From NCBI GenBank assembly GCA_001244265.2, contig CDLV01000012.1, forward strand, positions 62,001-126,000: a stretch of DNA of 64,000 bases, given 5' to 3'. The notes under the pieces are model-generated. The model ran no database searches, had not been told where the DNA came from, and worked only from the letters and a program-made list of their open reading frames with translations. Made by a program: the position numbers and the translations under genes. Source of the stretch: Microbotryum violaceum (lineage: Eukaryota). Positions 13,465-26,318 of the stretch are shown here, piece after piece. Every line of letters starts with the position of its first letter. Position 1 is the first letter of the stretch.

Positions 13465-14288
13465 ATGGGAGGAGGTAACGCAAGTCGTGTTCTCACCTGT
13501 GTGGTCTCTAGAGCTAGGGTTAGGCGTTGACCTGACTGACTTGCGCTTCTCTCCTTCTCTCCTTCTCTCCTATTCGCACGGTGCTCCTCCTGCGTGTCCG
13601 TCGCTCCACGTTCGTTCCCCTCAACCCTTGGACTGCCCAATCTCAACCATTTTACATCGAATGGAATGGAAATCATGAACGGAAAACGATCACGTGCAAC
13701 AGGGAGCTAAATCAGCCGCGGCGCGAGCCAAGGCGCAGGAGAAGTTGGCCAAGTCCGGTCCGACCAGTCAATTGAAGGCGGTCAGTCAGTACATGAACAA
13801 ACTTGGCCCGTGGTGGGTGGCAGTGCGTTGGAGCGAAGAAGGGAGGTTGGATAGACTGACTCTTTTGCTTATTCCTCGCGTGTAGAACGCCGCGGCGATG
13901 ACGATTCAATGCGTTAGTGAGTACTGAGATACGGATCAGAACGTTCGATCTCTCGATACTGATTATTCTCTTTTGTGTAGCCTGCAAGGTACGTCCTGGA
14001 ACGCTCCCCAAGCGAACAAGAACACGTCTTCAACCCCAGGGACACCGTACTCACCCTTGCTCCCGTCGTTTCAATCTTCCGTAGCAAACCTTTATGAACA
14101 CGACCAAGGTCGATGCGTGCGTACCTACAACCCATTCTATTCGACAATCAACAGAGAATTGATTCTCATCTTACCCTTGCCCTCCCTCACACGCCCGCTC
14201 GCCTCTCAACAGGCTCAAGCAACACGCCGAGAACAAGCACAAGAACGCCGCGCTCGCGACCTGCTTCCCCAACGTCGCCGCCGCATAA
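13465..14288 (+). CDS. Small Zn-binding protein, At2g23090/zf-met2-like (~79 aa), 6 exons
   Basis: Exons 13465-13479, 13703-13780, 13886-13916, 13981-13988, 14085-14116 and 14213-14288 give MGGGNGAKSAAARAKAQEKLAKSGPTSQLKANAAAMTIQCVTCKQTFMNTTKVDALKQHAENKHKNAALATCFPNVAAA (CxxC...HxxxKH...CFP). Confidence 0.88.
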
Positions 14289-14680
14289 ACACAGTCCTGA
14301 TCAAGTCCGACGGGGAAAAGTTTTTTCTTGACTTCGATCGTTCGGACCGTGAATGCGGCGAATTGGATGGTAGTGGACCGGTCGAAAGGGCAGATGGCGC
14401 GGATCGAGGTTTGATTCCCGGGCAGGAGTTTCGGGTAGTGTTTTCTGTGTTGTAGAGCCTCCTCCTTACTTTCTTTCGTTCCTTGAGAATCTATAGATTA
14501 TTTCTTTTGGAGGAAACCTTCCACCATGACATGGAGAAAGGAAACGGTATTGAGCTAAACCATTCACGTTCGAGCGTAATAGCGTCGCGCCGGGATAATA
14601 ACCGGCTCATTATGTAATCACGCCTGGCGCTCGTTCGAGTTGACCCGAGCGGTCCGCTCCCCTCAGCCTCGCGCTCGCTT

Positions 14681-14736
14681 CTTTACCCTTCTCCTCCACC
14701 TCCACACTCTTTACCCTTCTCCTCCACCTCCACACT
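14681..14736 (+). repeat. 28-bp perfect tandem duplication in pyrimidine-rich leader
   Basis: CTTTACCCTTCTCCTCCACCTCCACACT x2, just upstream of the AKR ATG. Confidence 0.9.
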
Positions 14737-14761
14737 CAACCCACCGAGCACCTACCCCAAT

Positions 14762-16884
14762 ATGACGACTACTTTCGATCCCAAGGTACGTACTAACCAT
14801 CTCGTGCTTCAGCGTGGCGAGCGGTCCCTCCGTTCCGACCTCATGATCTGCCGCCGGCGTGCTCGACTTGGGCCCCGTTTCTCGCTCTCTCACCCGCTCG
14901 ATGGAAGATGTAATTATGACGCATCGGGCCGATTATTGCTCGATCGATCGATGCTCAATCCACCCGCAATGATGATGCATCGCGGCATGCGTCGCTGCAT
15001 CCCCAGTGGAAGGTCATTATGAAGGGGCATCAGTGTAGAGTAATAGTCTTAAAAAGTCGTCAGCTTCCTCTCATCCCCGCCACTGCGAGGCATTGGGCGA
15101 GGCCGGGGCAAGCGAGCTGCGTTCGAAGCGAACGTCCCCCAAAAGGGGGTTGCGCCCCACATGGTTCTTCGGTTCGAGTCGATCGGCTCGGCTCGGCTCG
15201 GCTCGGCTCAGCTCTAGTGATGGACCACGCAATGTTGCATACATAAACGGGGATCGTACACTGACTCTCAACCATCGACAATTCATAGGACATGCAATTC
15301 AACTACTTTGGCAACACCGGACTCAAAGTGAGTTCCATGGCCTCTGGAAAAGACTCAGCCAAATTAACCGGGCTGGCTGACAAAACCTTCTTTTCGATTC
15401 AGGTCTCGGCTTTCGCCCTCGGTGGATGGTTGACCTATGGTGGAACGGTCAAGGGTGATCCCGTCAAGGTCGGTTTTTAGCCTTAATCGAAGCTGAGATG
15501 TGAGCACTGCTGAAAAGTGTTTTTTCCCGCTGTCGACGCTCAGGACATCATGAAGGCCGCTTTCGAGGGTGGTATCAACACCTTTGACACCGCCGAGGTA
15601 AGTTGAACAATGTGTCGTACCCGCACAATTTGAACACGTGCTGAGCTTGATCACCAATCTGCCACTAGGTCTACGCGAACGGCCAATGCGAAATCGAGAT
15701 GGGTCGCGTCATCAAGGAGCTCGGTTGGAAGCGCGAGGAAATCGTGCTCATCAGCAAGATCTTCTTCGGCACGGGCCAGAAGCACCCCAACCAAAACGGG
15801 TTGTCGAGGAAGCACTTGATCGAAGGTACTCGCGCGAGTTTGAAACGCCTCAATGTCGAGTACCTCGATATCGTACGTGTTCGCAGTCTCGGCTAGATCA
15901 GAGAAATGGTTATGGAGTCGGTGAAGCTCACGCTCGTCGTCGTCTTCTTTCTGCGTCCAGGTCTTTGCTCATCGCCATGACCCCGCGACACCGATGGAGG
16001 AGATTGTCCGCGGTTTCAACTTCCTCATCGACCAAGGCCTCGCCTTCTACTGGGGCACCTCGGAATGGTCCGCCGCGCAGATCGAAGAGGCCCACGCCGT
16101 CGCCAGACGCTTGAACCTGATCGCCCCCGTCGCCGAACAATGCCACTACTCGATGCTTCACCGTGAAAAGTTCGAGGTCGAATACAAGCCCTTGTTCGAG
16201 AGGGAGGGTTATGGTACCACGGTCTGGAGTCCTTTGGAGTCGGGTTTGCTTACGGGCAAATACGACGAGGGGGTGAGTGGACCTCGTTCAAAAAGACCTT
16301 GGTCGGAGAACAGGACTTTTTTACTCACGACTAGGTTCCACTTTTTAGATCCCCGACGACTCGCGCTTCAACACCAACTCGGAATTTTTGTGAGCTTCCC
16401 CTCGATGCTTAAAGGGCGGTGGTCCTCGCGCAGTTCAAACTAAAAGTTGAGCTTTCCCCCTTCCCCTTTAGCCAAACCACCGTCAAAGAACTCAAGACGC
16501 CTGCGGGTGAAGCCAAACTCGCCAAGATCCGAAAGCTCAAATCCGTCGCCGACGACTTGGGTTGCACCCGCGCTACTTTAGCCTTGGCCTGGGCCGCGAA
16601 GAACCCTCACGTTTCGACGGTGATCTTAGGTGCTTCGAAACCTGAACAAGTGACGGAGAATTTGAAAGCTTTGGAGATCCTACCCAAGTTGACCAAGGAA
16701 GTGTTGGAGAAGGTACGTCAACCACACGTTCGGGAAATTATGTCTTCTTCCAACGGTGTGACTTTTTTTAAAGATCATCCTAACCCTTCCTTCCTTTGGC
16801 GATGAATTACGGCGGTGGAAATAGATTGAGAAGATTCTTGACAACACCCCGGCGCAACCCAATACGTTCGGTCGCACGCGTTGA
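14762..16884 (+). CDS. Aldo-keto reductase, voltage-gated K+ channel beta-subunit (AKR6)-like
   Basis: Motifs [68 protein letters not shown] and [12 protein letters not shown] across GT-AG introns. Confidence 0.92.
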
Positions 16885-16924
16885 AAGTAATGTCAAAAGT
16901 TGACTACAACAACCTCAAGCCTCA

Positions 16925-17088
16925 GAAAAGCAAATCTAAATCTAAAAAAAAATAAAAAATAAAAAATAAAAAATAAAAAATAAAAATAAAGAAAAAAGAA
17001 AAAAAATAAAGAAAAAAAAGAAAAAAAAAGAAAAAAAAAGAAAAAAGAAAAAAAAGAAAAAAGAAAAAAAAAAGAAAAAAGAAAAAAA
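16925..17088. repeat. Low-complexity A-rich tract: (AnT)n then (AnG)n units
   Basis: About 160 nt almost entirely A with periodic T then G, followed by a T-rich tract at ~17172-17207. Confidence 0.95.
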
Positions 17089-17581
17089 GGGGTCAGGTTG
17101 AAAAACGACCAATGAAATTGCTTCCGTGCATCTCGCTTCCAAGACGTTTCCGTTCTCGGCAATACGATTCATCTTTTTCTTTGTTTTCTTTTCTTTTTTT
17201 TTTTTTTCACGAGCAACAATTTCAAAAAAGATAGGTATCTACAGTTTGTGTTAAAAGAGGGACGGAAGAGACGAAAAAAGAGAGAAGAGAGCAGAGAGCA
17301 AAGTGCTCAAAAGAGCTGAAAGGAGAAAGAAAAAAAAGCAAGAAAGACGTGGCGGGTGGGTGTGGGTGACCCTAAAGAAAGGTGCATGAACGTAAGATGG
17401 AATTGCTGAGCGAGAGGAGATGGGGGTTTTAGGTGAAAGAATTGGGGGGTGGAAAAGATAGTGTTTGTGGTGTCAAAGAAAGGGCAGGTTCTAATTCGAG
17501 TAAGAGGGGTGGGAGTAATGTTCCAAAACGAACGGAGCAAACTACAACGTGATCCAAGGTCATAAAAGAACGAATTTTCGT

Positions 17582-20017
17582 CTAAAGGACCAAGAGCATA
17601 CCGAATAGAGCGACTATGGAACCCAACGCGATACTCAAGCTGAGTTCGACACTACCGAACGACAAAGTCCTCGAAGCTGCACTCTTGGTCGAGGATGAAG
17701 AAGTCGGACTGGGGTTGGAGGAAGAAGTTGTGGACGAGCCCGCACGAGAGGTTGACATTGACGAAGCACCGGAAACGGTGCGGATACCTCCTGAACTGGC
17801 GGCGCCTGCTGCCGAGGCGGTAGAGGAACCAGCGCTCGTCGCCGCGGGGGAAAGAGCGAGTTGAACGTCGACGGTCACGGCCGTGGGGGCCGCGAGGGAG
17901 ACCGAGACCGTACCGGCGACGTATTGCTGTAGGGGACGGATTGGGGGGAGTTGGTGAATCGTCATGCTCGTGTGTCCACCCAGAGGAAATTCGAAGGAGA
18001 AGCGAATGCTTACAGCGTAGTTGGGATAGACGAATTGAGCGCCCTCGACGTACGGTTGCGTGTTGTTCAAGCATACACCGACCTAAGATTCAGAACAGAG
18101 ACGCGAAAAATCAGATACTGCGAAAGAGTGCAGCGGCAAGCGAGCGCGAGCAACAATAGACACTCACGGGAACGACACCACCGGTGAAGGCTTTGCGCAT
18201 CTTGGGCAGGTACGATTGACTGATCGCCATCGTCTCGCCGTCGATCTCGTGGCTGAGTACGATCGGGCCGTACGCGTTGTAGGTCCCGTTGGCTTGCTGC
18301 GCGAGGATCGTGTCGTAGTTCTTTTGCACGGACGCGATGCCGTCAACGTTCCAATTATAATCGAATGTGTCCGTCTCCCACTGGATGATGCGCAAGTCGA
18401 GCTTGGAAGCGATGTAACGGATGCGATCGTCAACGTCGCCGTACGGCATGCGCACGCAGCGCACGGTGATGCCAAGGACATCCTTGATGGCCTTCTTGGA
18501 GAAGTAGAGCTCGGCGAACGCTTGCTCGTTCGTCATCGAGGTCATGTCTGGATGGAGGGAAGACGCAATGAGTTTCATACTGTACCACTGGATGACTAGA
18601 GGAAAACCTCACAGGGATGCGACCAGGTGTGCGAGCAGATTTCGTGACCATCGGTCAAGCCGCGCTGCGCCTCCAGGGGCCAATCGAGCACATTGGAACC
18701 GATGTAGAAGAGAGTCGCCTTTTGGTTGATGCCGAGGAGGTAGTCGAAGTACTGTGAAGTTGAACAGCAAAGAAAGAGCGTTGTGTGTGAGCCCACCGGA
18801 TACACGAGCAGTCCAAAGCATAAGGTAAGGGCGCGCGGGTTGGATGATGGGAGGGGTCTTGGCTTCATTAGGGCCGGCGAGAAGAGGAAGGGGACCGATT
18901 CTAGATCCATCTTTGAGGCGCTGACTTACGGCATTGTGAGAGCAATTGGGTCCGTCATCAAGGGTGAAACCCCATGTGTTGGGCTCAGGGCACCGTGTGA
19001 TGTCGGGTTGGAGGCCCGCCAACTTGGGCGTGGTGCAGCGCGTGTCGGTCCACCAGCAGTCCGGGTCTTTGGTTATGTCGTACGTGACGCCGGAGAAGTC
19101 ACCTGAAAAGCATCGGAAATAACCAATCGAAGCACGAGTCAGATATAATCTCAATATGGCCTGCATTTGTCCAGAAAAAAAGCGCCGGAACGCACCTGCT
19201 CGTGTTCCTCGGGGGGCGACGTTGGGGATGCCGGACTCCATTGACTGGAAAAGCGCCTTGTCGTGGGCGGTCACGCCGCTACAAAGCCCATGTTTCCGTA
19301 ATTTAATGTCAGTTACTCATTGTTAAACGTGGGCGCGTCGATATTGTCCGCTTTGGGCGCGCAAACAGAATCGTCAAACTTGCGGATGATCGCGTTCGGG
19401 GTCCGAAAATGCGATGCACCCTTCGCGCGTGCCTCAACGGGTCCAATCCTGACCGCGCTCGAGCACGGCCATTGCAAAACCAGAAACTTACGCGAATGAC
19501 AGGTTTGCTGTAGACCAGATATCCGGGAAAGTGGGCATCTGGAGAAGGACATGCTAGACGTCAGCACATGACCCCTTGAGTCGCCGGCTGGGGGTGGACC
19601 AAGTCGTCGTCCGATGTTCGCGTCGACGGACACAGCCTGCCCGCGCGCGACTCGCGGAGTGCGGCACCGCAGTCACGGCCGAGCCTAGTGGACAATCGAC
19701 CGACCGAACGACGATTCTCCGAACCTGTCGGGTAGGAAGGGGTTTGAAGAGAAGAGGAGAGAAGGGGAGACGACCAAACTCACGACATCGGCAACGGGCT
19801 CGTAGTAGTAGGCAGTGCACTCGGCTTGCGGGTTCTTGATCGCAGCCTCCTGAGCCTCGTTGGTGCGTTCCGACGTCGGTACGGAGGTGGCGGTCGTGCC
19901 AGCGACGGCGGCCGTCGCCGTTTTAGGGGCGCTCGAAGCAGCCGCGCCAGCACCACTGCTGCTCGCGGCGAGAACGGTCGACGTTGTCAGGGCAAGCAAG
20001 CACAAAGAAAGATGCAT
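17582..20017 (-). CDS. Secreted GPI-anchored chitin deacetylase (CE4/NodB)
   Basis: Signal peptide MHLSLCLLALTTSTVLA. CE4 motifs WGFTLDDGP, HEICSHTWSHP, RMPYGDVDDR and IVLSHE. Ser/Thr tail and hydrophobic C-terminal GPI signal. Confidence 0.92.
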
Positions 20018-20751
20018 GCTGGTCGAGGAGAGAGGGGTGAGGTGAAGGAGCGGAGGAGGGTGAGAAGAGGAGAGGAGGAGGACCTCAATCGGGTGCGAGG
20101 GACGCGAGGGGACGCGCAAGGACGGACACGCTCTGATTCGTTCACATTGCAGAAGGCGCATTCAAAGGGCAATTGCATCAAAACGACCTCGCGACACGGG
20201 CGCCGCCGCCGCCGGCTCCGCCAAAATCGGCACCGCGCTTGTGGCCGCTGGCTGGCTTGTTATTGGGCACCCGAACTGCTGGGCCGGCTGGGCGCTGCAG
20301 GCACACGCGCGCCGTGACGCGCTTCTCAGCCGACGCGTTGCCCGCATCTATTTTTGGCGCGGCGCTACCGGAAGCTCGGAGCCTAACCGCCTGGAACGTT
20401 TGATTGGGCGAGGTCCGACACAAGCATCGGCTCATCTCGAGACGACCGCTGTCACAGAAAACGCTTCATCGCTTGATCACTCGCCCTCGTTGGCGAAGGT
20501 CACCGGTGGACCACTTCACCCAGAGCGGCTTCGATCGCAGCAAACGACATGTGGCAAAACATGCCAGAAGTATGAGAAGACGAAATGAGTGATAAAAGTA
20601 GTGGATTTTAGGATTTAGTCAAAGGACACGGAAAGGTTGTGGTTATCAGGGTTGAGAACACTAGTCGACTCCGACGGACGAAAATTGATTCAGATCTTTG
20701 AAAGCCCCTGACGCCTCCGGTGGCACAGCGAGCGCGGCCCGAGCAGTTGCC

Positions 20752-22832
20752 TTATGCGGTCAAGCCCTGATGATGTCCAACACCGCACGTGGTCAGTAAG
20801 TCTTCACTCGAGATGGTCTTAAAGAGAACTCGGTAAAACCACCCACTCTGATGGGTGCACGTGTAATCGAACCCAAGGATCCACCGCGAGTGAATTTCAG
20901 CGAACTCCAGTCCCAGTCGCCAATGCACGAGTTTACACCGCACAGAACGTAAACTTTCTGGGCTTTGTCACCCGCCATCGAAAGAGTGGTTATTGGGCCA
21001 ACGAACCTGATGTTGGAGATCAGGACACCGTTGGTGGCAAATGAAGGACCCTTGGGGCCACTTTCGGTGTAGTCTGATATGAAAAGGCCAGGCGCCTAAA
21101 ACCTAATCAGCGACGCCGCCCAAAGCGACCGACACAATTCGAATTCCCACCTTGTTCGACGACTACGCCGTAATGGGTCAGTCCATTTCCCTAAAAAGGT
21201 GTAACCACACTTTATCAGCTGCCGCCCATGCCCCCTCGTCGTTGCAGGTGGATGCTCACCGTATTGCCATGGAAGGTGATGTTATCGACCGAACCCCTAG
21301 TGGCTCCGGAATACGTCTTGATGCGGTACCCTTGCTGAGAGTTTTCGACATGATTTTGCGAGATCGTAACTTGACTGACGTGCTCATTCCTAAAATTCAT
21401 CGCCACGCATGGTAGATGCTGCGTGTCAGCTGAGCAGAACAAGAAGGTCTAGGACGAAAAGAAGGCTTGCAAAGCGCGCTTACGACTTTATCGAGCCGAT
21501 CGAGATGCCGTGTCCGTTCTTACAGGTGTTCTGGCTGATGGTGATTCCCTGACCGGAAGTTATTGAGATACAGTCCTGAAATGGCGGAGTAGCTGGGCTG
21601 TCTCAGCATCTGTACTGCTGACTAGCGTGGCTCCATCAACTGTTGACTCACGTCCTGATTGATCACGGTGCACCCCGAAATGGTGAGGTCCCGCGTCTTT
21701 TGGACAACGTTGAAGCCATCCGTACTGTTTTACAAGTCGTAGTTCGTCAGAGAAAGCCAAGTCGGCGTAATGGAGCAGCAGTAGAAACTAACTTGTGGCC
21801 CCCCATGCGATCACCGTCCGTGTTGTTGACAAAAATATTGGACAGCAAGGTCTTTCCGTTGGCCTCGACAACGACCGCATTTAGAGGACTGTTGTGGATA
21901 ATCAGATCCGAAACGGTGCCTGTGATTAGAAGCGACAAAGCTGGACCAGGTTTTGTTGCTGTGACCGTGTAAAAGCGAGTATCGAGACGAGGTCAGCACA
22001 AGGCGAGCCTTTACCACCCCTAAGCTGGCGGCCTGCCAAGCGCAGAGTCATGACTTACTTCCTGTCTATCAAAGGTGAAACGCAGACCCAGACATAATGA
22101 GCACGCTGATAGATATCGGAAGTTTCGTTACTCACGACCCCCATGCCGTCCCTAAAAACCGGAGAAGCCGAGGCAATTTCACAATTAGGTCAGCAATCAG
22201 CCACGGTGCAGTACATGGCGCCAATGAACACTCACCAATACATTTGGCCATTACAATAGAGCTTTTTATTATTACCGTTGTATGTGATGCTGTCACCATA
22301 GACTGCCAGAGTTGAGATAAGAATGCGTCAGAAAGGTGAGGTCGGAGTAACTCGGGAGAGCTTCGGTGCGTTAGCGGCCATGCGGGACGCCCCTGTTCAT
22401 GACAATTGGCATTCCACTCACTGCTCATCAAGGGACCCCTCCAAGGCCCGCGGTGTTCAAATATGATGTCCCCCACTGTGAGTTGAAATCCACGTTGTGG
22501 CAGGTACACCGGATTAGTGAAGCCGACCCGGCAGCATTTTTTTGTTGGAGGGCGGGGGGGGGGGGGGGGTAACCCTCTTTTCTTTTTTGTGCGAGAGCGC
22601 TCGAGCCACTAGCACCTTATAACTCACATTGATTAATCGTCGTGCCCGCTTGGACGTCGAGCATCAGCGTCTGCCCTGCTGGCATTATGAAGGCCATAAT
22701 CGTGATTACCTTGCACTTTTGGACTTTCGGAATATCTGTAGACGAGACGATCGTGCACGCTGCTGGTGGGGTCGCGAGCGCCACCCAAAAAGACGAGGCA
22801 AGGATGAGAACCAGGGAGAGCTTGCACAGCAT
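20752..22832 (-). CDS. Secreted endo-polygalacturonase (GH28), many short exons
   Basis: Signal peptide MLCKLSLVLILASSFWVALA. All four GH28 motifs are recovered after splicing: NTDG, NQD|DC, GHGISIGS and YRIKT. Ends ...ITRAPIR|GLTA*. Confidence 0.9.
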
Positions 22833-25488
22833 CGTGAAAGCCGTCGGGGTCGAGATGTGGGTTGAAGAGGAGAGACGGGGAGAGACGGGAGAGAGGTAAG
22901 GAGAGTGAGAGAGAGAGAGAGAGAGAGCTGAGGAGACATAAGACCAGTGAACCCAGCTTACCCCCAACTTGTCCCGAAGTAGTTCTTGGCGGAAGATGGC
23001 AGACACCCACACTCGGGATATGCCACGCGGTAGGTTGTGGGCGCGTGCGTGCTTGAGTCTCACACGCAACTGGCGATCAGTCAGGGGCGACTCAGGAGAA
23101 GGTCATCTCATCTCCCCTAACCTCCCCCGCAGCTCCGACAGCTGATCTCAAGGTCTCTCCACATGCATACCTCCACTCGGTACTCCGGCTCTACGGGGAA
23201 TAATCGGATTTTTGGACAACGTCATCTTAGAAATAGCGATACTGCGCAACGTACAAATGGACTCGCCTGTTGTACCGTATTCTCGAATCGATCAAGGATT
23301 GCATAAACCGATCACAAGGGAAATGGTACACTTACAGGGAGGCGACGCTAGGATTGATCGACAAGCGTTCGTACCATCCCCGCTTGTATTCGCCCCTAAC
23401 GCACGCGGCCGTCTCTTTGACAACTTTCTTCTGCTTTGAGCCTTGAGCCTTTTGACTGTTGAATCGCGACTAGTACACTGTCTTTCTAGCTAAACGCTGG
23501 TGGCTGCTCAACCGCGTTATTCATGCAACGCGTGATACAATCCGACAATGTTCAGTAGTGCGAAAGAGTTCAGATGTACTAGACGCCCGGTGGTGCTTCC
23601 ATGGGGTCACGCCGATTCGAGCTCAGAACCCGCCCACCCACCTAGCATGTCAAGTTCCTAGCGCACACTGGATCCTTTCCGTAGATTGTGAATGATACTA
23701 AGTGATCTCTTTGGACGAGACATGTGCCCGGGGCGTCCACGGGAGAAACACGGTTTCAGAGACGCGAAGGACTGCGCTTGGCCTGATCACGCTCGGTCCC
23801 GCAGCTACCGTCCCCGGGCGGTTGCTAGCGCACCGACGACGGTGCGAACTCGGTGCACTGCAGTCACCACCGATCGCCGGTGTATTCTGAAGGTGAAGAT
23901 GGCGTAATTCCAGCAGTGAACCAAGACCACGTTGGTATCGAAAATTGTCGACTCATGAACACTGGCTCTAATTTAGGCAGGTGTGGATGAGACAAGAGAA
24001 TTCTCCCACCACTGAGACCAGGGGCTGTTCCGCGCTGAGGCTCGGCTGGGCATGTTTGGTCAAAGAACGCTGTCCATGCCTTCCCGGTATCGGGGCCAAA
24101 AGACACATGACAGCAATAATCCTAGCCAATACCTTCGCTCTACGCTATATGACAGCTACTTTATTGAGTTGTTTTCAGCAAATATCAGCGCACCACGTGC
24201 GATACCACAGCACACGCTCGACAGGCTCCGAGGAGCACGCGCACGGGTTCCAGCTCCGGGGCTGCCGTCACGACCGCTGAACAATACGTGTCATTATCGG
24301 CGATGAGGGGCATTTAGTTCATTGGCATCGTTCTACACACGGATACTCGAAATGAGACTGCAGTGATGAGACCGGCGATGAGACCGCCCTATATAAAGTG
24401 TTCAGATGACTCGAGAAGTGGTGGGCGATTTCCGCTCGCAAGCCTTGTGACCCTCGCGTTATCCGAGCCTCCAGGTTCGACTTGTCTCAGACGCAACGAG
24501 AGGCTGTCATTGACTGTCCTTGACTGTCCGACCCTAGTTTCTAGGGTTCAATCGCAATGTAACCCCGCTGTGGTCTCAACGTAGATAGCACTACACACCA
24601 GTGTCGCTGTCTGCACGAGAGGGACGCTCAAGACGCTCTCGAGGAATCAAGCGAGGGCTGATGAAAAGTCGTTGAGCGCAAGCTGCAAATTCAAGGTGCC
24701 AAGTCAAGGGGAAACCAGTACTCCAAGTATAACCACGCTCCAAGGGCACAATGAGCTTCACTGTGGCTAGTTATGTCAACTGCAACAGAGACAAAAAAGT
24801 GAAGACCCTTATAGCCTTGGGGAACAGTTTCGGCACGGGCGCGCAAGCTGCGGCGAGGCAGAGCAGTTGCAGGACTGAGGTGTAGAGTGCGATCAAGTAC
24901 AAGTTGGTAGATCATTAGCAACGTAGATGAGAAGCTCGATGAGTGCTGCCTCAGTAGGTTCACCAGACTCGGTTGTCCTGACAGTCATGCGATAAGACGG
25001 GAAAGATACTTGATCAAGACGGGGTCCCAGTACGGGGGCGTAGCAAACTTACAAAACTGATGCAGGATATCTGGAGCGGCATAAGTCATCCCCGGTAAAG
25101 TCCAACGACACGCGTTTGCGCTGCAAGCAGGAGACCGAGCACGCGTCAAGGAATGATACGGCGCAAATCGCCCCTCGTCTTGATGAACCCAACCTTGAAG
25201 GCGAAAGAGTAAGGTCCAAGCGCCGGAGGGAGCTGGGGCATGAGAGACCATGGGAAATGTCGAAGGATCGCACATGCACACGCTGCCAACCTTGTTAAAG
25301 TTGATGTTCAAGCTCTGAAGTCATGCGGTCCAGACGTCGAGCACGGGGTTGACGCATCTCGAGGGCGAAGATTCGCAGAGTCGGTCTTTGGGTGGTCCAT
25401 GCGTAGATGCTGGAGCTCCACGAATCAGACTCTTCCCATAGCGACAGATTCCTGCGGTCATGCTCATCACCGACGATACTTGTTCTGC

Positions 25489-26124
25489 TCAGACAGGGAC
25501 CTCGGCTCGATCGCTGGCTCGCTCCTCCTCATCGTCGCCCGACTCTACGACGAAGTACTCGACCTTGCATCGCTCGCTACAGCCTTCGCACTGCACGATC
25601 TGCACGCCTTGCTCCAGCTGCTCGAGCGCGATGCGGAACTCGGCCGAGCAGCGACATGGGTGGGTATACGCCATGGGCATGGGCGAATCTTCAAACACGG
25701 GCTTGGGTTCGGGAGAGTTCGCTTCCGAGTAGTGGGGCGTGAAGAGAGAGAGGTCGATCGAGACCGCATAGGCGAATGATGAGGTTGGAAGTTCTTGTTG
25801 AGCTGGGAGTGTGCGTGTCAAGTGGATTAGCGGGGCTATAATTGAGCGAAAGGGTTGACTGACTCTGCAGTGACTCTGCAGTGACTGACCTTGCTGCTGC
25901 CTCGTCCATTCGCGATCATACGCCTCCCTCCTGGTGGGATCACCGAGGATGTGCCACGCTTCGTTGAGCGCTTCAGCAGCGTTGGGGCTGTTTTGCTCAA
26001 CAGGTGTGGCTCGGTCGGGGTGATGCAGCAGAATTAGTGTCCTGTACGCCGCGCGGACGGTGGGAAGGCCCGCCGTCGAGGGGACCTGCAGCGTTGCATA
26101 ATGGTCGGGGAGAGTAGTCGCCAG
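25489..26124 (-). CDS. DPH4: Diphthamide biosynthesis protein 4 (J-domain + CSL zinc finger); start codon uncertain (CTG proposed)
   Basis: J domain DHYATLQV...AYRTLILLHHPDR...AWHILGDPTRREAYD, then YTHPCRCS...VQCEGCS. Probable 87-nt in-frame intron at 25803-25889. Confidence 0.85.
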   Translation of the reverse strand: MATTLPDHYATLQVPSTAGLPTVRAAYRTLILLHHPDRATPVEQNSPNAAEALNEAWHILGDPTRREAYDREWTRQQQGQSLQSHCRVSQPFRSIIAPLIHLTRTLPAQQELPTSSFAYAVSIDLSLFTPHYSEANSPEPKPVFEDSPMPMAYTHPCRCSAEFRIALEQLEQGVQIVQCEGCSERCKVEYFVVESGDDEEERASDRAEVPV

Positions 26125-26318
26125 TGTTGGGAGATGGACACTTCCTGGAAAAGCACGGTTTGAAAAGCACTGAAGCGGGGGTGGAAGGGGGACCGGAAGA
26201 GGCTGGTCGTAGGCTGGTAGGGACAAATGCCAAAGAGAGGTTCCCCACTTCGTCGGCTTCTTGTCCCTTGTCCTCGCCCATCTCACTTGATACCCGCATT
26301 CGAGCTGCACATCGTTCC
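26125..26318. promoter_or_regulatory. Putative compact bidirectional promoter (DPH4 / F-box gene)
   Basis: About 195 nt between divergent coding starts. Position only, no motif evidence. Confidence 0.5.

Noticed and set aside
16893-17172. Phe-rich ORFs
   Set aside because: Translation artefacts of the A-rich tract.
24290-25400. TATA-containing possible solo LTR and gene-like fragments between the polygalacturonase and DPH4
   Set aside because: No TG...CA/TSD pair and no coherent spliced ORF or recognisable motif could be built.
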